A stretch of DNA of 64,000 nucleotides from Octopus vulgaris (taxonomy: Eukaryota): positions 37,076,001 through 37,140,000 of the forward strand of contig OX597829.1 of assembly GCA_951406725.2 (NCBI GenBank), in the 5' to 3' direction. The notes beneath the pieces were generated by a model that worked only from the letters and a program-made list of their open reading frames with translations, did not search any database and was not told the DNA's origin. Made by a program: the position numbers and the translations under genes. Below, in pieces: positions 12,986 through 25,090 of the stretch. The stretch's first letter is position 1. Every line of letters starts with the position of its first letter.

Positions 12986-13144
12986 TAAACAAAGAAAATA
13001 AGTGTTTCAAAAATGCCATGAAAAGGATTAAAAGTTCTGACCATATTATCAATTGTCTTTTTCAATTTGTTTATTACCTCCTGTAATGTTCTTTTTGATC
13101 TTACTATCTAACTACTTGACCTTATTACTTGTTCCTATTTGTAG

Positions 13145-13327
13145 GCAGCAGACCTGACCAAACCAATAGATAAAAGGATTTATAAAGGAACATTCCCTAC
13201 TTGTCATGACTTCAATCATCAGTCAGCATCATGTGAGAGTGTCTTGTTGTTAGTTGGCTTTACTGCGGGCCAAGTTCAACTTATCGATCCTATTAAACAA
13301 GAAATAAGCAAGCTTTATAATGAAGAG
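13145..13327 (+). CDS. WDR20: Internal coding exon of WD repeat protein WDR20/DMWD family (USP12/USP46 cofactor)
   Basis: Pyrimidine-rich acceptor ttcctatttgtag|, 183 nt phase 0-0, donor |gtaggt; translates AADLTKPIDKRIYKGTFPTCHDFNHQSASCESVLLLVGFTAGQVQLIDPIKQEISKLYNEE, closely matching my recollection of vertebrate WDR20 AADLSKPIDKRIYKGTQPTCHDFNH..VSLLVGFSAGQVQLIDPIKKETSKLFNEE. Absent from the ORF track (no start codon). Confidence 0.93.
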
Positions 13328-13872
13328 GTAGGTTACAGGAGACTTTGTTTCAGCTTTTAATGACCCCTAAAATATGCATTAATATTAAAAAAGTTTACAT
13401 TAACTTTATTCTTCTAATTCAATAAAATCGTTTAATCTTTGAGATTTTCAGTTATTTTTGAACAGCTAAAGGTATTGAGCATATATTTTATAATAAGCAG
13501 AATTATAATTCCATAAATCTAAAATCAGCCAAAGCGATAAAATAAAACTTTTCACTGTACACACAAACACACACACACATGCGCGCGCACACATGCACAC
13601 ACACAGCTATATTTCCAGCCATTAGGTAGAAAATCTAGGGTTTTGATAATTTTTCTATTTAAGCAGCACATGTGTATGATGAGAATACTTCAAACCCCTA
13701 GGTACAAGTTTTCAGATAGTAATTTGCATACTCTGAAACAAATTGTGCAACTGTGTATTTGATCTGGAGATGGCGAGTACATATACTACAACTTTTTTTT
13801 ATCTCATCTCTCCCATAGCTTTCTTTTCAGATAATGTTAGTTGCTAATTGTCTTCTAGCTGCCATTGTTTAA

Positions 13873-14094
13873 CCCTTTGGTGTTCACATTATTCTGCCAA
13901 AATTAATGCTTTTTTTATCCACATTGTTTTGAATTAATCATGCATTATCTTGTAGTTATGAGATTTTGATGAGGTAGCTGTTAATTTTTTAAAAGATATT
14001 GTAGGGTTGGTCTGAGAGACCAGATCTGGCCAGTTCGAACATAAAACAGGCAGAATACTTTTGGCCGGATATGGCCGGTTTAAATGCTAAAGGG
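13873..14094. mobile_element. piggyBac-type MITE (TTAA target)
   Basis: ttaa|ccctttggtgtt ... aatgctaaaggg|ttaa. Confidence 0.85.
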
Positions 14095-14873
14095 TTAAAG
14101 TGGTCAGTGCTGGTCATTATTAATTAGTACTTTGGACAACTATTATAACATTCACAAGATGACCCTCAGTTACCAAAGACATGAGATATCAGTTCATAGA
14201 AGATTACCTTTGATGACTTATTAGGATATTTGACTCACATGGTGAAGCTTAGAAAAATCAGCACATGGTAGTTGGTAATTTTTTTAGGTCCTTATCGATA
14301 CTGATGGACAACTGTTTGTGTTAAGCAATGCATATTGTCAATAAGTAAAAAAACTGCCACAGGTAATGCCAACTGGTTTTAAGCAGGTAATACAAGTTTG
14401 GTGTAATTTATTATAAACATATCTATAAAAAAAAAAAAAAAAAAGCATGCATTAGAGATTAACTTCATGGCCAACCTTCATAAGAGCAAAATGCAACTTA
14501 TCAGGTGGTTGATTATTTCTCTATCATCATAAATAAATTTGAGACTATAAAAAGCTATGAAAGCTGACATTATGACAAAGTAGTGTGAACTGCAAAACAT
14601 TTAGAGGTTAGAAAGAAACACAAATGCATGTGTGTGCACATACATGCGCACATGACTGGATGCGTTGTTAAGAACTACACTTTTGTAACCCTGTCAATTT
14701 GAGTTCAATCCAACTGTGGGGCATCTCTGAGAATTTTTGTTTTTTACTTTAGTCTCAGGTTGCCCAATGCTTTGTAAATGAGATTTGATAGGTATTAACT
14801 GTATGGAAGTGCCTTATGTAGTATTTAAGTGTTTGTGTTAATATATATATATATCGGTCTTTTAAACTTTTAA

Positions 14874-15093
14874 CCTTTTAATATTCAGAGTACTCCATCA
14901 AATTTAATGCTTTTTGATTCACACTGTTTTGAAGTAATCATGCATTACCTTGTAGCTTTAAGATTTTGATGATGCGGTTGCTTATTTTTAGAATGACATT
15001 GTAGGGTAGGTGTGAGTGGCTGAATATGGCCAGTCTGAACATAAAACAAGTAGAATATTTGGGCCGGAAATGGCCGGTTTAAATACTAAAGGG
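14874..15093. mobile_element. Second copy of the piggyBac-type MITE
   Basis: ttaa|ccttttaatatt ... aatactaaaggg|ttaa; body collinear with 13873-14094. Confidence 0.85.
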
Positions 15094-15588
15094 TTAAACT
15101 AGCTCCTGCAGAGGGCTAATTGGTCTTGCGACCCAAAACTAAAGAAAGCTACATAGTATGACTGCAAAATATCTATAATGCCTATATGCCCCAGTAGTAT
15201 TTTATCAGAGGTTAAGGACAGATGAAAATTAATTCTGTAATGCAATCATTCTATTGTTCTAGTCCCAAGTTGCATTCCAATTGTTGGTCAATTTGTTCCA
15301 GAGTTCTTATCTCAATGTAAAATTAATGAAGTGAATGCCTCCCCCTTGATCTCTGATGTCATCTGACAAATGCCAACTAAGATGGTGTGGATTAGCCAAG
15401 CTTTACCTGCTAGAAATAGTTACCCAAATGTTTTAAAATCAGATCCAGATGCTGGATGTTCAAGAACCAAATGAAGGGCAGATTTTCAAACCTGGGATCA
15501 TCCTGATTCGTAAATGGTATAATATGTCTATGTAGAGCAAATACAGGGGTCCCAGACAGAAAGACAGAATTATGGTTTTATTAATTGT

Positions 15589-15618
<30 letters not shown>

Positions 15619-15619
<1 letters not shown>

Positions 15620-15838
15620 TGTTTATTTATTAGCCACACAGGGCTGCACACAGATGGAACAGATTACAAAGTAGAGCTTTCCTCTTTTGGGGAGAGAAAA
15701 AAAAAGGAAAAGAAAGAAAAAAAACCGATCAATAGGGATCGTGTATCACAGTGTCATGATGTAAAGTGTAAAGGGGAAGCAGATAAGGTTTATCCATAGA
15801 AAGAAAAGCCTATGGAAAAGACCACGGTAACCCCTGTC
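15619..15838 (-). mobile_element. Non-LTR retroelement 3' end inserted in a (GATA)n tract
   Basis: Minus strand ends gcagccctgtgtggctaataaataaac; (AGAT)n on both sides. Confidence 0.5.
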
Positions 15839-16399
15839 AGATAGATAGATAGACAGACAGATAGATATTGTTATAACAGTTTGAATCTTCCCTAATATCT
15901 GATGAGATGAGTTTGTTCTACACACCTATAAAACTTTGATTATATAGAGTGAGTTCAACTATTATTAAAAAATATGTGTAATTCCTAGAAGATTCTTTCA
16001 TTTGTCCACTCACTTATATGAATGCACATGCGAGTGATTGGATAGTATAAGCGCAGTATGGCTGAAAGATTACAAGTTTACTTTGCAGCCAGGAAATATA
16101 TTGTTTGCATGTTATCTTGGGTAGGTATAATTTTCTTTAGCTCCAGGTTGATCCATACCTTGCAAGTGAAATAGGATAGACAGAAGCAGACACTGTTCAG
16201 AAGCCCATCATGTGGATTGTGTCTGTAATTCAAAAGGTGTGCACATGTTACACAGTCATAATAATTTTTCCCTGAGAAATACATTATAGATAATTGTGCT
16301 TGTGGAATACTCAGCCACTTCCATGTTAATTCAGGAGCAGGTAATCGTCACTGCTCAATGATAAAGCTCCACAGTGTGTGTGTGTGTGTGTGTGTGTGT

Positions 16400-19300
16400 A
16401 TCATCATTTAAAATCCATTTTCCATGCTTGGTATAAGTTGGATAATTGGCAGGAACTGGCAAGACCAGAAGCCATACCAGGTTCCATAGTCTGTTTTGGC
16501 TTGGCAATGCCCTTCCTAATATCAACCACTTTACAGAGTATATTGGGCACTTTTTATGTGACACCATCACCAGTGCTTCTTACATGGCAACAGCACCAAT
16601 TTTTTCATGTGGTACTTTGGTTTTATGATACCAGTTCTGTTGTGGTGTGTGGGTCTTCTTGAGTACAACAATGCATCACATTCCAGTCCCCTATCATCTT
16701 CCTGAGGTTCAGCATTTTGCGATCAGCCTTCTGTACTCTGTCTCATGTCTTCCTGGGTCTACCTCTTCCAAAACTTCCCTCCAATTTAAGTGATCGGCAC
16801 TTGTTTATGCAACTATCCTCACCCATCTCATTATCAAACCAGCAAAGTCTCCTCTCTTGCACATTGCATGTAGTTCCTCTTATGCCTAACGTTTCTCTCA
16901 ATACACTAGTGCCCTGTCACACATGTACACAGACATCTAGCAGAACACACCAACTTCATTCCTCTCTAATCTTCGCATACCCTCTGCATTCAGGGTCCAC
17001 GTCTCACTACCATGTAGCATTGCAGTTCATACACAAGCATCATACAATCTTCCTATTACTCAGAGAGAGAGAGAGAGACCTTTGGCTGCCAACAGAGATA
17101 AAAGCTCTCTGAACTTTCTCCATGCTCTTCTTACTCTAGCAATTACATTTTATGTACAACCTCCTCCACTGCTAATTTGGTCACCTAGGTAGCAGAAATT
17201 ATCTACAACTTTCAGAGAGACTCTGGGACATTTGATGAAACCAGTTTCCCATGTATCTGCTGTCTTTATGGCTCTTGTACATCTTCCATACACAAACACT
17301 ACTTTCTCTGTTAACCTTCCTACTACTATTCCACTGCACCTCTTGTGTGTCCATAGCTTGCACTGGGTACATCAAATGGAATTTCTGTCTATACCCTCCC
17401 TATATATCAAGCTGGGCCATTTATCTGAAGGGGGAAGAGTTATGTTCAATTTCTTGTTTCCTAGGACCTTGGTCTTTGCTAACTTAACTTTAAAACTTTG
17501 ATTCCAGGTTTTGTTTTCACACCTGCAATTTATTTCATATGTGGAAACAGTTTCTGCTACAAGGGTCAGATCATGAGCATATAGTAGTTCCCTTTGGCTT
17601 GTAGTCTTAAATTTCTTGATTATGGCCTGGAGGAGGATGATGATAAATAGAAGAGAGCTGAGGAGCAAGCCTTAGTGAACACCTACCTGTACACTAATTT
17701 CATCACTGTACCCATGGATAACTCTTACCTAACTAACAGCATCTCTGTAAATGGCTTGTATGACTTTAACAAGCCACTTGTCTACCTCAAGCTTCCTCAA
17801 TGACCACCACATCACAGAGTGAGGCACTCTGTGGAAGGCTTTCTTTAGACCAACAAATACCAAGTGCAACTGCTTATTCTTAGTGAAACTTCTGCTGCAG
17901 TGGTGCTTCTATTTGGACAAAGCCAAACTGCATTTCATCTAGTCAAATTCTGTTCCTAATTAACTGGGCTATAACACTCATCACAACTCTCACCACCTGG
18001 TCCAGCAATTTGATGCCTCTGTAATTACTTCTAGCTAAGGCGTCTTCCTTGCCCTTATAGCAGCTGACTATGATGCTGCTATGCCAGTGACTTGGGATTA
18101 TACCTTCCGGAATAATCTAGCTAACTATGCAGGTGACTAGACTGTATCTAAGGCATCTCAACTGTGACTCTTAATGGACCAGGGGCCTTCCCTGTCTTCA
18201 TATGTTTAATTCCCTTATCTACCATGCTGCTGTCAACTAGGATAGCTGGTCCCGCTGTTGGGTTCATATGAGGGAGATTCTCTTTCTCCCATTCATTCTC
18301 CACATTTAATAGCCTTTCAAGGTAGCTCTTCCACTCCTCCACTCCTCTTTCTTTTCAGGATCACGAAGAGCAAGCATACTGTTATCTGTTCTTACACACT
18401 TGTCTCCCAGAACATTTTGATTCTCTCTAACATACTGCCTAGCAATCTGGAACACCTCAAGTCTCTGATATTCCTGCTGTAAGACACTGGCAAACCTCTT
18501 CTTTTCTCCTTCTGCCATAGCTAGATACAGCTGATGTCTAGCTTCTCTTATAGCTATCTGATATGTTGTTTTTGCTACATCCACTCTTCCACTCTTTCCA
18601 AACCCCTCTTTTCTCTTTTATAGCCCTATTGACCTCAGTGTTCCAGCACCAGGTCACCTTTGGTTTTTCACCCTCAGTAGATTGTCCCCTAAGAACTTTT
18701 AATTGTCCTCTATGTCATATATTTCCATCTCTTCCCCCTTCTCATCAAAGGCTTCATAAGGACATCTCTAAATTTCTAGCAACTTGCAAGATCTGTAAGC
18801 TTTCATTATCTCCTTTCCATATTGATTTGTGCCACTGGATGCTTTTATCTCTATGTCTGAAATTGCTAACCAGTAACCTATGTTGAGTTGTACATTCTAC
18901 AACTGGGAAAGACTTTGCATTCATGAAAATCCGCATGTCCCTGTTTCTGGTGAAGATGTAGTCAATCTGCCTAGTATGCCCATCAGATTGACAAGTGATA
19001 AGGTGGCAGTTAGGTTTCCTGAAGTTAGTGTTGCAAACTATTAAGTCATTTACATCTCAGAACTCCAGCAACCTTTCTCTCATCGTTTCTGTGACCAGGA
19101 CTAATCTTAGCTTAATAATTCTATCAAGCGCCCTTTCTACCTCACTCACCTTATCCATCCATTCCTCTGCCAAAAGAATATCTATGCCATCATTGCTGCC
19201 CACTCAGAAGAACTTATATCTATGCCTCTTGCTGGTGAGCAGGCTAACTGAGGCTCTTCTCCATTGCACACGTTTACATACCTCTGCTCAAGCATTTCAA

Positions 19301-19480
19301 TGATCTCACCTGACCTACCTTGTGCTAGTGTTGATTGTAGTAGCTCTGAGATTGTGAACCAGGGACGCCTGAGATGGAAGTTGTGAGGGATGTTTTCAGC
19401 ATCTCAAAAGAAGATCTTTATGATAGTTTGCCTGAAGGTAGCAGGTCCAACAGCTTCCTGTAAGCAGGCACAGGTTTCAG
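16400..19480 (-). mobile_element. Decayed RTE-clade LINE (APE, RT with PHD-like insert, 3' UTR)
   Basis: QHRLLVSNF (APE end), WKSYLERLLNVENEW, MKTGKAPGP, ELLYAHDL, NFCYLGDQISSGG; 3' UTR contiguous with the ccatgc..gcatgg/(GAT)n tail. Confidence 0.85.
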
Positions 19481-19874
19481 CATGGATTACAATTACAATT
19501 TCTTTCAGTCCTGTAAAGGCTTTTGGATATGCGACTGCTATGGGAGAGGGAAGCAGATAAGGTTGAGGAAGGGTAGGGAGTTTTCAAAATTATTATTAAA
19601 GCAACGGTCAGTTTCCAGGATGCAGAAGTAGCTGCACACATGATGATAATATATATATTCCAAATCATTATGAACATCATATTGTAGTCATATATCCATA
19701 AACATACACATGTACATATAAGTGTGTACATGGATAATGTATTACATGTAGAAACATGCATGTGGGATCCACAGGTTACATACATGCATTACATGTACTC
19801 TATAACTACGCATTTATAAATACAGTTCACAGATTGTAAAATCATCACAGGCAATATTTGTCTGTGTATATCAT

Positions 19875-20655
19875 TATCATCATCATTATCATCATCATCA
19901 TCATTTGTTTTCCATGCTAGCATGAGTTGGATAGTTTGACAAGAGCTTACCAGCTGAAGGGCTGTTCAAGCTCCATATCTGTTTTGGCATGGTTTCTATG
20001 ATCGGATGCCTTTCCTAATGCCAACCACTTTACAGAGTGTAATGGGTGCTTTTATGCAGCACCGGCACAGGTGCTTTTTTCACTGGGAGATGCTCTTTGT
20101 TACTAACAGAAGTAGTCATTCTCTGAACTTTACTCGGCCTATTCTTATTCTAGCAGCTATGCTTTTGGAACAACCACCCCTACTACTAACTTGGTCACCT
20201 AAGAAACGGAAACTGTCTACTAGTTCTAGGGATCCCCACTGACATATGAAGGAGTTTTTTGTTTTTTTTATATAACTGGTGTTTAATGTACCTGCACATT
20301 TGCCACATGTAAAGACTACTTTCTCCATTAGTCATCCAGTGACACAGTTGCACCTCTTATATGTCCATAGCTTGCACAGTGTACACCATATGGAGTTTTT
20401 CCTGACACCTTTTCTACATATTGAGCAGAGCCATCTCCCTTATCAATATTTTTGTCCTTGTTAAATTAACTCTAAGGCCCTTTGATTCCAGCCCTTGCTT
20501 CCATGCCTGAAATTTCTTCTCCAGTTTTGGTAGTGATACAGCAATAAGAACAAAGTTATCAGTATAGAGGAGCTCCCAAGGGCAGCCAGTCTTAAGTTCC
20601 TCAGTTATAGCTTGGAGGACCATGATAAATAAAATGGGAGCTAAGAACCAAACCC
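19875..20655 (-). mobile_element. RTE LINE fragment (RT palm with PHD insert) + 3' tail
   Basis: LFIMVLQAITEELKTGCPWELLYTDNFV..GLRVNL..CSIC..CTLC..C..CGKC..FRFLGDQVSSRGG. Confidence 0.85.
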
Positions 20656-20769
20656 TATATATATATATATATATATATGCATAAACATACATACATATAC
20701 TTATGTGCATAGATATATGCCAATAGTTCTCCAATGCACATACTCTTATGTGTGCAGAATAAACAAGAA

Positions 20770-21513
20770 AAATACTTCTCTTTAGTTACAAAACAACAAA
20801 GGATTATAAAATTACCTCCAAAGAAAATTTACTAAGCATTAACATAATTGTCAAAGGCATTTTTGAAGACCTACAAGTTGAAAATCGAACTGAACCTTAC
20901 ACTCCCAAAACCCCCAGAACTAATTTAATCCTAATTGTAATATTGATCCACAGGTTAGGCTGATCTGCCCATTGAAACAAGATATTTATAAGATTAGTAA
21001 ATTTATTATTCATTTACATATTCCTAAGCGTGAACAATATATTAGTTTTTTTTTTTATCTAATTCTTTGGAGGTTATTAGTTGGTTCACTGACATTAACA
21101 CTAAGGATAAAAAACATACTAGATTCATTCAGTTGGATATTTCTAATTATTACTCATCTATCAACACTATCTTTCTGAATAAAGCATTAATTTTCACTAT
21201 GAAGAATTCAGAATTATCCAAATGTGAGGTCAATATAGTACTAACAGCTAGGAAAACCATAATTGAATTCGATGGGAAGTATTGGACTAGAACTGACAGG
21301 CCTGATTATTTTGACATTACTATAGGGTGCAGTGATTTGGGTCAAGTAACCAAGAGGTTGATATAGTACTAACAGCTAGGAAAACCATAATTGAATTCAA
21401 TGGGAAGTATTGGACTAGAACTGACAGGCCTGATTATTTTGACATTACTATGGAGTGCAGTGATTTGGGTCAAGTAACCAATTTGGTTGGTACTTATATT
21501 CTTAATTGTATAC
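20770..21513 (+). mobile_element. Penelope-like RT, 5' part (continues at 28866), with 128-bp tandem duplication 21226-21353/21354-21481
   Basis: RFIQLDISNYYSSIN..FDITIGCSDLGQVTNLVGTYILNCI; the frame resumes after the LTR block as HNEFLELRGGLYRDD. Confidence 0.8.
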
Positions 21514-24323
21514 TGTTGTGAGGACAGTCATGACACCCCCTTATGAGAAATAAACTGGACTGAGTGATTATAGTAGTGGCTGGAGTGAAGTTTGTGAGTT
21601 TAAGTTGAGTTTGCAATGAAGTCAGAAGGTGTCAGCCGGTTAGTTCATTTGGAATTTTGATTGTTGGTTTGTGAAAAGATTGTTTGATCATTATGTTGTT
21701 ATTACATCTGCATCGTTATCTTGTTGCAACACTGGTACAGTGTATCAAAACCTTCTGTCACACTATTGTGTCAGTACCACAACATTGGAGATGGAGGGTA
21801 CAGCTGGTGGCAAGGGTTTCGAAGCTCATGTAGGTTATAGAACAATTTTTTCATTATACAACTTGTTAAATGATGGAAGATCTATTAGCTTCTATAGTAC
21901 AGTTGCAGAAGCAACAACAAGAACAGCAACAGGAGTTGCAGAAGCAACTAGTACAGCAACAACTACAACAACAATTATTGGAGTTATACACAAAGAAGTC
22001 TGAAAATGCAGTAAGTTCATTTTCGCCAAACAGCATATCAAACTCCATAACAGAATTCAGTTATAACCCAGAGGAGGATATTGCTTTTGCAACATACTAC
22101 AGAAGGTACAAGGAGATTTTTAAGGAAGATCACAAGACATGGTCAGATGAAGAAAAAGTAAGGTTATTATTATGTAAATTAGCTCCATCTGAGCATGAAC
22201 GATACTGTAATTTCATATTGCCCAAAAGTCTAGTGAAATTTGTTTTCAGGAAATAATCAAATTACTGTCTAACATATTCGGGGATAAAACTAATCTATCT
22301 AACACTTGAATGGAGTGTTGGAATTTAACTAAAAAAGAGGATGATCACTTTATTACATATGCAGGAACAGTCAACAGAATGTGTGAAAGTTTTAGACTCA
22401 AAGAACTTACTCCTGAGATGTTTAAGTGCCTCATTTTTGTACAAGGTCTTACTGCAAATGAAGATATAGAAATATGGGCAAAAATTCTTTCAAAACTTGA
22501 ACAAGCAAACCAAGATTTAATCCTGCAGATTGTTGCAGAAGAGTGTCAAAGGATGGTAAACCTGAAACACGATGTAAGAAAAATTCAAGGAAAGGATTTC
22601 ACAGAACTACAGATATGTTGACTGAGAAAGTATAACCAGAGAAGATTGCTAGGTCCTAATTCATTTTATGGATGTGGAGGCCTACATTTCAGAAAAGATT
22701 GTCCTTTTAAAAACCAAAAATTTGGACATGTGTTTACACTACAGAACAAAAGTATGAAGGTTAAATGTAAAACATTTGAAAGTGCTCTCAACAGAAAGTA
22801 AAATTGACTCCTAAATAAGGAAATTTGTATACATAAAAGTAAACGGAGTAAATATTAAATTACAACTGGATACTGGTAGTGACATTTCAATCATTAACAC
22901 TGACATGTAGAAGAAAATAGGGATGCCAATGTTAAGAAAAACAGCAAAAACTGCATGTAGTGTGATGGGTGACAAAATAGAGTTCGTAGGCGAAATGTGG
23001 AATGATGTCACATTTCAAGGAAAAACTTACAAGGCAAAGGTTTTCATTGTAAAGAACACAACCAACCTGTTTGGTACTGACTGGTTGGAGTTATTTGACT
23101 TATGGGATCTCCCACTAAGTCTGTTCTGTAAAAAAATAAATGGCTGCCCCACCTGTGAAAAGAACTCAGCAGCTGAATTGAAGAAAAATTAATGAAAAAC
23201 GTTATGTGCAATGTTATTCATGAACTGCCAGTGACATTGCATGATATAAAAATGAAATCTGCAGAAGTTAATTACATTACAAGAAAGAAAGAAATTCAAA
23301 TGATTTTTTACTATGTGACAATGTTTTAATGTACACACAAAGAGTAGTAGTACCAACTGAACTACAGAAACAAGTCTTGCAGGAATTCCACTGTGGGTAT
23401 CTGGGAATGTTGAGAATCAAAGCCTTAATGAAGAGCTATGTATATTGGCTTACAAGGGACTGAGACATTGTGTAAAATCATGTAGAGGTTGTGCACTAGC
23501 AGCCAAAGCACCACTAATGAAATACCAATTGTGACATGAGATGGATAGTCTGTGGTCCAGGGTACATATTGACTATGCTGGACTAGTGAATGGTGCACAC
23601 TATCTAATCATTGTTGATAGCAGTACAAAGTGGTCAGAGGTATGCAAGTGCAATAAATCAACCGTGAAAACAACAATAATGTTCCTGTAGGAATAATTTT
23701 CCTGATGCGGTGCTCCAGACAAATTGCTATCAGATAATGGAACAATCTATGGGTCATGAATTTAAAAATTTCTACAAAATACATGCGATAAAGCATATTT
23801 TCACCTCGCCCTACCATCTGAGGTCAGACAGGCAGGTAGAAAAATTCATTGATACTTTTAAACAAACATTAAAAAAAGCGAGGAATGATGTAGGAAATGA
23901 CAACGCACTAATGAAATTCTTGAGGGTATATAAGAGTAATGCCCAATCCAAATTCCAGTTCAGGAAAGTCTCCCACAGACTTAATGTTTGCATGAAAAAT
24001 AAAATCAAACTTCAATAAATTATTGCCAGGAAAAAATATGTTTAAAGGAAATACAGATAAGGCAACAAGACATTTTGAAGTAGGAGATAAGGTTCATTTC
24101 AAAATTTACAAAAATGGTAAAGAAGGCTGTGAGGATGGTTTTGTAACTAAAAGATTGGGAAACATGATGTAATTAAAGGACAACATTGGGAACACAAGAG
24201 ACGCCTAAACCAATTAAAGATGAAACATACTGAAAAATGAAAGGAAATACCATTGGAAGTCTGCTATAACATGTTTGAGGTGCCAGCACCGAAAGAGATT
24301 GAACCTCATAGAAGCAGCAGTAA

Positions 24324-25053
24324 CGTTATATTGTTATGGATAAACAAATACACTGCAACAGTGTAATAACAATATAAATGAAACAAATGGTAGAAACCAC
24401 ACGAAATGTAACAATAGTCTTTTAAAAACAAACAATATTTCCAACACACTAACTTGAACTGTGGACTTTGAACTTTCAACACACAAACTGTGGAACTAAT
24501 TTACCTCACTTACTCAGACCACTACTATTTATATGTAGTGATCCAGTCCATTCTCCTCAGAGAGCATCATACTCTCGCACAACATCTCCCCTTTTGAGAT
24601 TTCATGTTCCAAAGGAATAAAGAAATTTTTCATTTATATATATATATTATTACAAATTTGGGATTTTACCAATAGGATCACAGCTTCATTTTCAGGACAA
24701 CCTTATTTTCTGGAATGCACATAGAAAGTTATATCCCAAATACTAATCTAATAATATAATCATTTTAAAGCCTACTATAATGTACAATAAAATAAAGTAC
24801 ATTAGAATTAATTAAAAATTATTTAAACATATTTTCAAAAACATACATACCTTACCTGTTATTAGTCTGTGGGGAAAGGAGATAATATTAATCAACACTA
24901 TACGTGTTTCTGCCCTGGTGGTTTGTTTTACCAGGCTATACCTAATACATAAATCCACCAGTGCGTCCTCAGGCTAATTTTCTTTTTATTATTATTATTA
25001 ATTATCCAACTTAATCATACAAATTCTAAGATATCTTTTTCAAAAATAAGAAT

Positions 25054-25090
<37 letters not shown>

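Noticed and set aside
13145-13151. Alternative tandem acceptors (tag|GCAG|CAG)
   Set aside because: Shifts of 4 and 7 nt would break the frame; no evidence of use.
13328-14620. Editing-complementary sequence for the WDR20 exon
   Set aside because: No convincing long complement to the exon found by eye; needs a folding computation.
15899-15990. CTGATGA motifs as hammerheads or C/D snoRNAs (also 12545, 12857, 63616)
   Set aside because: No matching stem II plus GAAA and no terminal stem; they lie in LINE/SINE or unstructured sequence.
21870-22256. Poly-Q ORF as a host gene
   Set aside because: It is the gag N-terminus just after the LTR/PBS; mirrored in the inner element at ~28330-28430.
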